Source of the DNA: Thermoplasmatales archaeon SW_10_69_26
Lineage (GTDB): Archaea; Thermoplasmatota; SW-10-69-26
Direction: 5' to 3'
Length of the DNA: 64,000 bases
Assembly: GCA_003009755.1 (NCBI GenBank)
Contig: PXUB01000001.1
Coordinates: 1-64,000 of the forward strand
In this document: positions 39,001-46,566 of the stretch, piece after piece
How the letters are laid out: every line of letters starts with the position of its first letter
How positions within the stretch are numbered: the stretch's first letter is position 1
Translations under genes and position numbers: made by a program
Notes under the pieces: generated by a model
Told to the model about the DNA's origin: nothing
The model's input: the letters and a program-made list of their open reading frames with translations, nothing else
Databases searched by the model: none

Positions 39001-39856
39001 GCTCCCGGACGGTGTAGATCCGGCCGTCGGGGTCGACGACGGGGCCGGAGAGCAGCTCGCGGTCGCCGTCGATCTCGGTCTGCCAGGCCTCGGCGCGTTC
39101 CGGGTTGACGCCGCGGAGCTCGCCGTCGCCGGTGGCGGCGATGACCAAGCCCTCGGGCGTCGAGGCGGGCGGGAACGGGACCGAGGATCCCAGACGCAGT
39201 GGGGGGTCCCACAGCGGGTCACCGTCGGAGGTGAACCGGTAGGCGAGCCCGCTCCAAGTGATGGCGGTCACGTTGCCGTCCTCGTCGACGATCGGGTCGT
39301 GGAACGGCTGGTCGTCGGAGGAGCGGGCCGACCATCGCACGAGGTCGACCTGCTGGGGGCCGATGTTGAGCGATCGGCCGGAGTGCTGGGCGTCGGCGCC
39401 GTGCTGGGGCCAGGCGGGGCCGAGGCCGCCGGCGACGGGCTCGTCGGCGTGGACGAAGAAGATCGTGGAGCTGGAGCCGGTGATCTCGAGCTCGGTCGCG
39501 TTGTTGCCGGTGTCGTTGCGCGCGCTGTCGACGCTCACCGAGTGCAGCCCGGGTTGGGTCTGGGAGGGCAACGGGACGTCGATCGTGCCGGTCACGAGCG
39601 AGGAGCGGTCGGAGACGAGCGTGCGCGAGATCGAGGAGGCTTGCCGGCGGTCGTCGGGGTTCTCGACGCCGACGGTCACGTTGAGCCGGTCGACCGTCGT
39701 GTTGATCGTGAGCTGGACCTCGATCGTGGCGTCGGAGGGCCCGACGACGAGGGGCGTGGCCTGCATCTCGACGACCGCGACCTCGTCGGAGGACTGGGCC
39801 GCGGCCGGAGCGGAGAACAGCGTTCCTGCGGCCAAGAGGGCGAGGACCAACGTCAA
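36065..39856 (-). CDS. Receptor-like Ser/Thr protein kinase (PQQ-type propeller + PKD ectodomain, TM, Hanks kinase)
   Basis: Signal peptide; WPQHGADAQHSG and Trp-containing repeats; FDARGSQDPD…YTWRF PKD; TM then RRR; LGEGGFG, HRDLKPSN, DFG, GTPRYMAPE. Confidence 0.92.
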   Translation of the reverse strand: MTLVLALLAAGTLFSAPAAAQSSDEVAVVEMQATPLVVGPSDATIEVQLTINTTVDRLNVTVGVENPDDRRQASSISRTLVSDRSSLVTGTIDVPLPSQTQPGLHSVSVDSARNDTGNNATELEITGSSSTIFFVHADEPVAGGLGPAWPQHGADAQHSGRSLNIGPQQVDLVRWSARSSDDQPFHDPIVDEDGNVTAITWSGLAYRFTSDGDPLWDPPLRLGSSVPFPPASTPEGLVIAATGDGELRGVNPERAEAWQTEIDGDRELLSGPVVDPDGRIYTVREPWTVLAVTTQGDIVDERSLQEPTNYDPPLSSTPGPTPGPPVAVDNDDTIVAIQEGGIVELSAGSLSVEDRIDCNCTPRGVSLAPGSSIALVMGDEEVVAVDRASGDVAWRTGDAERPGSELDGQIYAAPTVGWGADGSQPVFIVDAGGSIHIVTLGGAHIKSLGNVFGPLLGQPAVDANGDIYLADVCSAERGVAVIRSLVGHPHQDRRLLDSRWTKTLTPSGCSQIPTGIAIADGGGVLWAGPDGELRMLGKDRPPEAQFTVAWQQGEGHVFDARGSQDPDRSPLTYTWRFDEGPVKRGSTVTHRFTTSGNHTIHLTVDDGSSQVTASRTMEINLPPQPSITQRATEDGRLALTANETSDPDDEDLTYWWSVDDDSGQTGAWLTLPGQAPRVYNVTLHVSDGDLNATRQRTVLSPSEQAWRNETVATFSGDCPADVCTVPAQLSFTRGSLAEITVANGIGRTMTVEPNAPVVPGGPEEIVLQPREQGQLFVEADQDRSDAILMAPVGSDPTPLALDVRPAPAHVTWTVTDTDLEAGTTSTIELALTGDDPPGDVSLRFSLRSGSQALAVQDVNLRAGEPANRTVMLSFVPEAPRSFTGTIVAETADPDRALVSPASGEEVQRTFDISEPSPLTLATRAASDNPYLAGGLGLAVLLGLAAAGGIWYHRRREETGTGTGPTEFSTSPASASPVAADDGSATVAHGFMPRKVDRFRVERVLGEGGFGTTYLAEDSVLERDVVLKDLENVGADARELLLHEAKTAANLQHRNVVVVHDVIEEEGRLLLVMEYIEGGTLADRTDQAMETKQALPMAAEVLDGLAALHEAGIVHRDLKPSNILLTPDGTAKITDFGVAVRRDEPPGQEDAFVGTPRYMAPEQLLGDPPGPQADVYAAGALVYNLLTGEHHLGLQTDTTPPPEELIERDVRLPIDGVPAAVNEVLAKALARDPEDRYPDASAFADALDQLDPGGSRTVDRVAGG

Positions 39857-39995
39857 GGTCGCCGCGCCGTGGCGAGCTCGTGCGCGCGGGTGCAGGATGG
39901 CTGTGCCCCTCCCAAGCCCATTCCGACGGGGAGGACGTAACGTTTGCGGTCCCGGCCTCCGGCTCTCGGGGCCTCAGGGGGCCCGCAGGGGCTCA

Positions 39996-40312
39996 GCCGT
40001 GGGAGAGGGAAGGGATGACCCGGCCCCACGACGGGACCCGCTGCCGGCACCCAGGCGAGCGCGAGCTCCCCAGGCCCCGGCAGCGGGGGGATGCACACTG
40101 TGCGTATCGTCGATGGGATGTGGGATGGGACGGGTCGGGAGCCGGGTGGGCTTGGTGCCCACCGCCGCGATGGGCGTGTTGTATTTCAAAGCCGTGAAAG
40201 CTGACGAGAGGGAACGCCAACAGCCGGTTGCACGGTCTTCGGACGTTCAGATCGGACGTTTCCGTCGACACGGGAACCCCGTTCCAAGCGACGTCCTTCA
40301 CGACGTAGCCCC
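39996..40312 (-). repeat. Tandem repeat unit A (upstream element + TATA + structured RNA)
   Basis: Aligns with 40417-40678 apart from a hairpin insertion at 40037-40087. Confidence 0.9.
40000..40165 (-). ncRNA. Candidate structured ncRNA, copy A
   Basis: Downstream of TTTGAAATA; 5' hairpin, closing stem with covarying pair, CU-rich 3' tail. Confidence 0.55.
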
Positions 40313-40416
40313 CGACGACCGCGGGTCGATCGAGGGACGAGCTGCGACGCTGACGCCGGCGAGGAGCGGGAGCAAGCGCCTCCAGCTCCCCGACGAGAGG
40401 GGAACCTGCAAGCGTG

Positions 40417-40678
40417 GCCGTGAGAGGAGAAGGATGGCCCGGCCCCACGACGCGGAGGGATGCACTGTGCGTACCGTCGATGGGATGTGGGATGGGACGG
40501 GCCGGGAGCCGGGTGGGCTTGGTGCCCACCCCCGCGATGAGGGTGTTGTATTTCAAAGCCGTGAAAGCTGACAGCAGGATACGCCAACCGCCGGTTGCAA
40601 GGCTTGTCGACGTTCAGACGCGGCGTTTCCGCTGACAAGCGAACCCCGTTCCAGGCGGCCTCCTTGACGATGTAACCC
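40417..40678 (-). repeat. Tandem repeat unit B
   Basis: Second copy; near-identical core 40459-40572, more diverged upstream part. Confidence 0.9.
40420..40532 (-). ncRNA. Candidate structured ncRNA, copy B
   Basis: Same fold as copy A without the inserted hairpin. Confidence 0.55.
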
Positions 40679-40874
40679 GGCTCAGCGGTGGGCCCATCTT
40701 CCACTCCGAGCGGTGGATCGCAGCCCGGGCACCGCCGATGCAAGGCGAGGTGGTTGGGGTCGCAGCGGGCCACGAAGCGGGCGAGCCACGCCCGTGGTTG
40801 CCCGATGCAGCTGCTCGTGAGGCTAGGCTATCGTCCATCGCTTCCGGGGCCTCTCCCCAGCCGACGAGGGGCCC

Positions 40875-41639
40875 TCAGGGGTTCCGGAAGAGGAGCAACG
40901 AGCGCCCGACGCCGATCACGTCGCCGTGGGTGAGCTCGACCTCGTCGCCGCCGCGCAGCTCCTGGTCCCAGTTGACGATGGTGCCGTTGAGGCTCTCGGC
41001 GTCGCGCAGGCGGAACGTGCCGCCTTCGTGGGTGAGGACGGCGTGCTTGCGCGAGATGAACAGGTCGTACTCGAGGGGGACGTCGACCTCCTCGCCGCCC
41101 ACCTGGCGTTCGCGGCCGACCAGCCACTCCATCGGTTCGGCCTTGCTCCGCAACGGGAACACGCGGCCCTCGCGGATCCCGCGGATGAGGATGAGCTGGG
41201 CGAGCGCGTCCTCGGTCTCGGGGGTCTCGGGCTCGGATTGCTGGACGCGCGTGCGGTCGGGCACGCCGCCGGCGGCGGACTCCATGGCGAGGTTGCCCAG
41301 CGTGCGGACCTCCTCGAGCACCATGAACAGGTGGTCCTCGCGGGCGTAGTACTCCTTCGTGTGGCTGCCTTCGCCCTGGGCGACGCGGGTCTCGACGAGG
41401 TCGACCTCCTCGAGCTTGTCGATGTGGCTGAGGATCGCTTGACGGGTGAGGGGGATCTCGCGGGTGTCGCTCTCGGCGTCCTTGGACGTCTCCTCGCGGT
41501 AGGCCTCGATCTCGCCCACGTTCTTCGGTGTGGTGAGCTGGCGGAGGATGTCGAGGCGTTGGCGGTTGCCGAGCGCGGAGAGGACCAGGGACAGGCGCTC
41601 GGTGTCCACCTTGCCACCGGGGGATTGGGGATCCGGCAT
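40875..41639 (-). CDS. ArsR-like HTH + FHA domain transcriptional regulator
   Basis: LSALGNRQRLDILRQL…LTRQAILSHIDKLEEVDLV winged HTH; FHA motifs VGR, ISRKH, SLNGT, LTHGDVIGVG. Confidence 0.88.
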   Translation of the reverse strand: MPDPQSPGGKVDTERLSLVLSALGNRQRLDILRQLTTPKNVGEIEAYREETSKDAESDTREIPLTRQAILSHIDKLEEVDLVETRVAQGEGSHTKEYYAREDHLFMVLEEVRTLGNLAMESAAGGVPDRTRVQQSEPETPETEDALAQLILIRGIREGRVFPLRSKAEPMEWLVGRERQVGGEEVDVPLEYDLFISRKHAVLTHEGGTFRLRDAESLNGTIVNWDQELRGGDEVELTHGDVIGVGRSLLLFRNP

Positions 41640-41788
41640 CGCGCTGGCAAGGGGACAGGGAGGGTTTCGGTGTTTCGGGTGGGTACGGGGTGGACCGAAC
41701 AGATGGCGGACCGCTCTCGGACCTGGGAACCGCCGGTCCCCGTGATGGTCTCTCCCGACGCAAGGGGGAGACTGACCGCGAGGGAGAC

Positions 41789-42090
41789 ATGCTAGATCTG
41801 CGGTGGGACCGACGAACGGCGAACGATGGAGACCGCCCGCGGGACCGCAACCGTCGGACGTTGACCGTGTGCGAGGCCTGCCTGGGCCAGCGCACCGCCA
41901 AGCGCTGGCACGCCGACGGCAGCAAGAGCTATCGGTGGGCCGAAGCTTCGACCGAGACACCGCACGCGCATCCGCAGGATCGCTACGCCTACCTGGCGGA
42001 CGCCGATGAAGTGAGCCTGGTCCGTCTCCAGCAGGCCTGGATCGACACGCACGCCGCCACGGCCTCGCGCCGGAACGAACGAGTTAACCG
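41789..42090 (+). CDS. Small hypothetical protein with CxxC, divergent from the FHA regulator (3' end uncertain)
   Basis: GAGGGAG SD-like site before ATG; VCEACL; frame stays open to 42280, overlapping the next gene. Confidence 0.35.
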
Positions 42091-42111
42091 ACCCCTTCCG
42101 TCTGGGCCGGC

Positions 42112-43155
42112 GTGGACGGCTCTCGCCGCTGGTGGTGGCCGGCCATGGCCCTGCTGGCGCTCGGGCTCGTGGCTGGGACCGTCACCGCTCACGTCGAGTA
42201 CGTGGCCTCCGAGGGCGACCCCGTCGGCCCCCTGGACCTGTGGGGAGCCGTGGCCTCGGACCCGCTGGGCCTCACCCTGATCGCCACCACGGTCGTCGCC
42301 GCCGCGGCGGCCGGGTTCGCGTGGCGCCGGTGGGGCGAGCGGATCCCCGACGTGGACGTGCTGCGCGAGGTGCTCGACGGCTACGAGGACCTCGTCCCCT
42401 GGATGATCCGCCTCAGCGTCGGCGTTCCCCTCGTCGGTGCGGGCTTCTCCGGGTACCTGTTGACGCCGGCGTTGCCCGTCGAGCTGCGCCTGCTGCAGGT
42501 CCTCGTCGGGTTCCTGCTGCTCCTGGGCCTGACCACGCGAGGCGCCGCCCTGCTGGGCCTGGTGGGCTGGTTGTCGGTCTTCGGCGTTTACGGTCCCACG
42601 CTGTTCTTGGCCGGCGAGTACACCGGCGCGTTCATCGCGTTGATCCTCGTCGGGCCCGGCCGGCCGAGCCTCGACCACATGCTCGAGCAGGTGGCCGAGG
42701 ACGAGGGCACCTGGTACCATCGGGTCGATCCCATCCACGAGGCCGGCGAGCGGTTCCGGGCCTTCGTCGCGCCGGCACGCCCGTGGGCGCCGGTGGCGGT
42801 CCGCTTGACGTTGGGTGCCACGCTGGCTTACCTCGGCATCTGGGAGAAGATCCTCGACCCGGGGCCCGCGATCGCGTTGGCCCGCGATCTGGGCCTGCCC
42901 GGCTCGATCTCGGCCGAGGCCTGGGTCGTGGGCGCCGGGCTCGTCGAGCTCGGCGTCGGCCTGCTGCTCGTGGCGGGGCTGTTCACGCGCGCCGCGAGCG
43001 CGGCCGCCTTCCTCGTGCTGACGGTCACCTTGTTCGCGTTGCCCAACGACCCCGTGCTGGCGCACGTTTCCCTGTTCGGGCTCGCCAGCGTCGTCTTCAC
43101 GTGGGGCGTCGGTCCCCTCAGCCTCGACCGGTCCATGCAGACGGGTGATGGCTGA
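42112..43155 (+). CDS. DoxX family membrane protein
   Basis: AHVEYV N-terminus; two DoxX-like repeats (GLTTRGAA/GLFTRAAS, GRPSLD/GPLSLD). Confidence 0.8.
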   Translation: MDGSRRWWWPAMALLALGLVAGTVTAHVEYVASEGDPVGPLDLWGAVASDPLGLTLIATTVVAAAAAGFAWRRWGERIPDVDVLREVLDGYEDLVPWMIRLSVGVPLVGAGFSGYLLTPALPVELRLLQVLVGFLLLLGLTTRGAALLGLVGWLSVFGVYGPTLFLAGEYTGAFIALILVGPGRPSLDHMLEQVAEDEGTWYHRVDPIHEAGERFRAFVAPARPWAPVAVRLTLGATLAYLGIWEKILDPGPAIALARDLGLPGSISAEAWVVGAGLVELGVGLLLVAGLFTRAASAAAFLVLTVTLFALPNDPVLAHVSLFGLASVVFTWGVGPLSLDRSMQTGDG

Positions 43156-44296
43156 CATGGGGCGAGAGCTCGGCGAGACCCGCATCGCTGGCCTCCATCT
43201 GCCGGTGGCGTTGAGCCTGATCGCCGTCGGCGTGGGCCACCTCGTCGTGGACGGCCTGCAGCCCTTCACGGTGCTGCGGGCGGCCTTCCCGTTGGCGCTG
43301 GGCGGTTTCGTCGTGCTCGTGATCGGCACCAGCCGGATGCTTCTGTCGGGTCGAGCCAACGTGGCCGTCGCCGGTCGCTGGGCGTGGTGGGTGCCGGGTC
43401 TGGCGGCGACGTCGGGGAGCCTGGGCCTGTACGCAGCCTTCGGCGGTCGTGCGTGGCTGTTGTCGCCCGCGGCGCTCCTGTGGGGTGCGGGCCTGGGTCT
43501 GCACGTGGGCCTGCTCGGGTTCAGCCTCGCTCGGGCCCGCCAGGGTGCCTCCGTCGTGGATGGCTGGCCGGCGCTTTCGGCGACCGTGGCCGGGCTCGGC
43601 TACGGGTTGGCCGCGGCCGTGGCCATCCCGTCGGTCCCGTTGCTGGGCTTCGGGCTGCTGGCGGCCCTGCATCTGGTCCTCACGGGCTTCGTCGTCCTCG
43701 CGATCGCGGCCGTCGTGCTCGGGGTCCTGCCGGGCATCACCGGCCGAGCGATCGCGACCCCGGTCGCCGGGGTCCTGGCGGTCGGGTTGAGCCTGGGTCC
43801 GATGCTGCTGGCGGAGGGGTTGAACGGCTCGGCCCTCCAGCTGCGGCTCGGCGCGATCGTCGAAGGGATCGGCCTCGTCGGGCTGGGTGGCGTGCTCGTG
43901 TGGTCGACGATCACCAGCGAGCGCGAACGGGCCTCGTTCTGGCTGTACGGGGCAGCCGGCATCTCGGTCCTGCTGGGCGCGATGCTGGGCGCCGCCATCG
44001 TGATGGGCTGGACGACGCGGGGGCAAGCGCCCTGGCACGGAGCCGTGACCCTGCTCGGGTTCGTCGGGCTCGTCGTCCTTGGCGCGGTCATGGACCTGTT
44101 CGCGCCGGCGCTGGAACCCCGTGCCGACCCGCTCGAGCGGCACAATATCACGGTGGTGGGGTTGGCGCTCACCGGGATGGCGGGCCTGGTGGCGGTGCCC
44201 CTCGTGCCCGGCTGGACCCTGCGGGTGGCCTTGGTCGCCTACCTGGCCGCGGTCGGGCTGCACCTCGTCGGGTCGATCGCTCGGTTGGAGCGGTGA
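43145..44296 (+). CDS. Polytopic membrane protein with intramembrane His residues
   Basis: About 12 TM helices; HLVLTGFV and HGAVTLLGFVG repeats; next to nirK remnant. Confidence 0.6.
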   Translation: MMADMGRELGETRIAGLHLPVALSLIAVGVGHLVVDGLQPFTVLRAAFPLALGGFVVLVIGTSRMLLSGRANVAVAGRWAWWVPGLAATSGSLGLYAAFGGRAWLLSPAALLWGAGLGLHVGLLGFSLARARQGASVVDGWPALSATVAGLGYGLAAAVAIPSVPLLGFGLLAALHLVLTGFVVLAIAAVVLGVLPGITGRAIATPVAGVLAVGLSLGPMLLAEGLNGSALQLRLGAIVEGIGLVGLGGVLVWSTITSERERASFWLYGAAGISVLLGAMLGAAIVMGWTTRGQAPWHGAVTLLGFVGLVVLGAVMDLFAPALEPRADPLERHNITVVGLALTGMAGLVAVPLVPGWTLRVALVAYLAAVGLHLVGSIARLER

Positions 44297-44344
44297 GAGG
44301 AGAAGAGGAAAGGCCCCCTCCCAGACAGGGGCTAGGCCGGAAGG

Positions 44345-44900
44345 TCAGCTCTCGTCGACGGGGTGGCAGACGTCGTGGTTGGCCTCACCGTCGACGGCGA
44401 TGTGGCCGACCAGGCCCTTGTTCATCCGGAAGGTCGAGTGGTCGACCGGGATGTAGGTGCCCGACACCTCGAACGTCATCTCCACGCCGACGGCACCGCC
44501 GGCGGGCACCAGCGTGCTTTGCACGTTCTCGTTGACGAGGGCGAAGCTGCCCTCGACGTACACGCGGTCGGAGATCTCGCCGATCATGTGGAAGCTGGAC
44601 ACCAGGTGGGCCCGTGTTGCCCATGTACAGGCGCGCGGTGTCGTTCACCGTCAGGTTCGTGTCGTAGGCCCCAGCGCGCGGTTGCCGGTGATGCTGTCGG
44701 GGCGGCCGTTCCAGTTTACGAACGTCGGCTCCTCGAGGTTGCCCTGGGCGGCATCGAAGTCGAGGTGGCCGCTGCCTTCGAGCGCGGCGAGGCTCTCGTC
44801 GCCCTTGGCTTCGGAGTAGTATGCGCTTTACATCTTGTATTACTCCTCGTCGACCGCGGGCAGGCCCTCGGTGGTTCTGGGTAGGTTGGAGTGGGCGGCG
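44345..44900 (-). pseudogene. nirK: Copper nitrite reductase, C-terminal remnant
   Basis: SSFHMIGEISDRVYVEG…NVQSTLVPAGG…YIPVDHS; frameshifts near 44608 and 44665; TAA at 44828-44830. Confidence 0.8.
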
Positions 44901-45096
44901 GGCTTGTCAGTCGGCTGTGAGATTCGGGCCGCGGACCCGATGCGGAGAACGCTTGATGGATTGGCCAAGGATCTCTGTGCTCGTGGGTTCGAAGTGCCGG
45001 GAGATCCTGAGTTCCAATCGAAACGAACAGCGCGGGCCTGGTGCAGATGGATCGCGTCCGATAAGCCTAATTGGTGTCACACGGTCGAGCACGTGC

Positions 45097-45786
45097 GTGC
45101 CAAACTCGGACGAGTGGATCCGTAAGGACGAGCCGCCAGAGGAGGTGTACCTCTGCCTCCTCGATGTTCTCGGATTCCGGAGCTTCGTACACGGGAAGCA
45201 TCTCAGGACCGTAGCCAAGGCGCTTGGTGATGCTAAGGCCAAAAGCTCGCAGGAGATCCCCGACGATGTGGACGACGAGCATGCGCCAGAATCGCTGATG
45301 TTCAGTGACTCGGTGCTATTTTGGGCTGACGGGGAGGACGCGTCCCACTTGGACGGACTGGCGCGAACGGCACAGTCCTTCTACGCGGCGCTGTTCCAGG
45401 ACGGTCTCTTGCTCCGCGGAGCGATCGTGAGAGGAGAGCTTTCGATCGCCAGTGAGGGCGAGGTAATCGTCGGGGAGGGATTGATTCGAGCCTACGAGCT
45501 CGAGCAGGGCCAGAAGTGGGGCGGGATCGTTCTTGACCCCCGTCTCAGCCGGGACGGGGTCGACGGACTCGACGATCTCCACGACCAGGGTGTCCTCGTT
45601 GAGCACGACGTGCCCTGGGCGTCGAACCCGAGCCCTCGGCCTCATACGGTGGTCTGCTGGCCCGAGAACTGCCAAGTCACTCGTGCGGAGCTTCGGGAGG
45701 CCTTTTACGACTCCTTCCCCAAGATGGCAGAGGACGGGCGGGCGAAGCTCGCCGCTACGCTCCAATTCTTCGATGAGTACGCCTAG
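45097..45786 (+). CDS. Class III nucleotidyl cyclase-like fold protein
   Basis: LLDVLGF, MFSDSV, LLRGAIVRGE, GEGLIRAYELE; lower GC than flanks. Confidence 0.65.
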   Translation: MPNSDEWIRKDEPPEEVYLCLLDVLGFRSFVHGKHLRTVAKALGDAKAKSSQEIPDDVDDEHAPESLMFSDSVLFWADGEDASHLDGLARTAQSFYAALFQDGLLLRGAIVRGELSIASEGEVIVGEGLIRAYELEQGQKWGGIVLDPRLSRDGVDGLDDLHDQGVLVEHDVPWASNPSPRPHTVVCWPENCQVTRAELREAFYDSFPKMAEDGRAKLAATLQFFDEYA

Positions 45787-46133
45787 CTCCCTGACTCCGA
45801 GGGAAGAGGGAAACGATCCACAACAGACCCTGTAGGCGTCAGAAGCACGAGTTCAAGACGGTCTTCCTTCTGGACGGCTGCATGGACAACTCGGGGAATA
45901 TCCATCGAGATCTGTACTGGAGAGGGGTCCTGGTGCTCATCCGACCAGCGGAACTTCATCGTGTGCTGGGATTTGGACGCGGTGAGCACGATCTCCCCGC
46001 CTTCCCGCTGAACAGCTAGGTTGAAGCCCTTCTCTCCGGTAGCTTCATACTCTTTGGCGCCCTCTAGCCAGGAGTCAAGGCGCTCGAAGGCACGCCGTAG
46101 CGGGACATGCCCGAAGGTTGCAGAGGAGGGCAC
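45783..46133 (-). CDS. Hypothetical protein in low-GC insert
   Basis: 116 aa ORF convergent with the cyclase-like gene, stop codons overlapping. Confidence 0.45.
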   Translation of the reverse strand: MPSSATFGHVPLRRAFERLDSWLEGAKEYEATGEKGFNLAVQREGGEIVLTASKSQHTMKFRWSDEHQDPSPVQISMDIPRVVHAAVQKEDRLELVLLTPTGSVVDRFPLPSESGS

Positions 46134-46189
46134 GATACGATAGTGTGTGCCAACCTATGTTAGGCTTTTGTGGTACGTCCGCAAGGAGG

Positions 46190-46500
46190 CAGCCTCCGGC
46201 GCGGTCGACACTGCCGGCGTCGTTCCCGTCCTCTCAACGGGCCCACTCGGTGTCGGCCGGCATGTCGGAGGGATGGCGGCTGATCTCGTCGATCGTGACC
46301 TCCTCGGGCTCGCCGAACGCGTGCTCGGAGCCGGCCTCGCCTTCGGCGTCGGCCGCCTGTCCCTCCTCGTGCACGATCACGGTGCCGACCATGCCCTGCA
46401 TCTGGCCCTCGTCGCCCTCGGTGGCGTGCGGGATGCAGTGGTAGCTGTACGTGCCGGTGGCCTGGAAGGCGTGCTCTCAGGACGTCTCGGCTGCCAGCCA
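46190..46500 (-). pseudogene. Halocyanin/plastocyanin-like fragment, probable N-terminal part of the nirK gene
   Basis: GTYSYHCIPH…QGMVGTVIV then EVTIDEISRHPSDMP; TGA at 46234-46236. Confidence 0.6.
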
Positions 46501-46566
46501 GTCGTCGGGGTCCTCGCCGCTGCCTTCGACGCCCCACCGCACTTGGCGTCCGAGGGAGAGCGGTGT

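Noticed and set aside
36011-39212. Very long Arg/Pro/Gly-rich ORFs overlapping real genes here and throughout the window
   Set aside because: Shadow frames caused by high GC; no motifs and composition unlike the acidic proteome
39996-40678. CRISPR array, tRNA, T-box or Y RNA as the identity of the repeats
   Set aside because: Only two long units with no repeat-spacer pattern or cas genes; no cloverleaf, T-box or Ro-binding consensus
39974-40773. ORFs through the tandem repeats (e.g. GY[VI]VK…WNGV…FHGFEIQH on the minus strand; M[TA]RPHD on the plus strand)
   Set aside because: Counting by eye gives about 13 changed versus 5 silent codons in the upstream part, there is no shared start, and the frames diverge at indels between copies; this fits non-coding DNA
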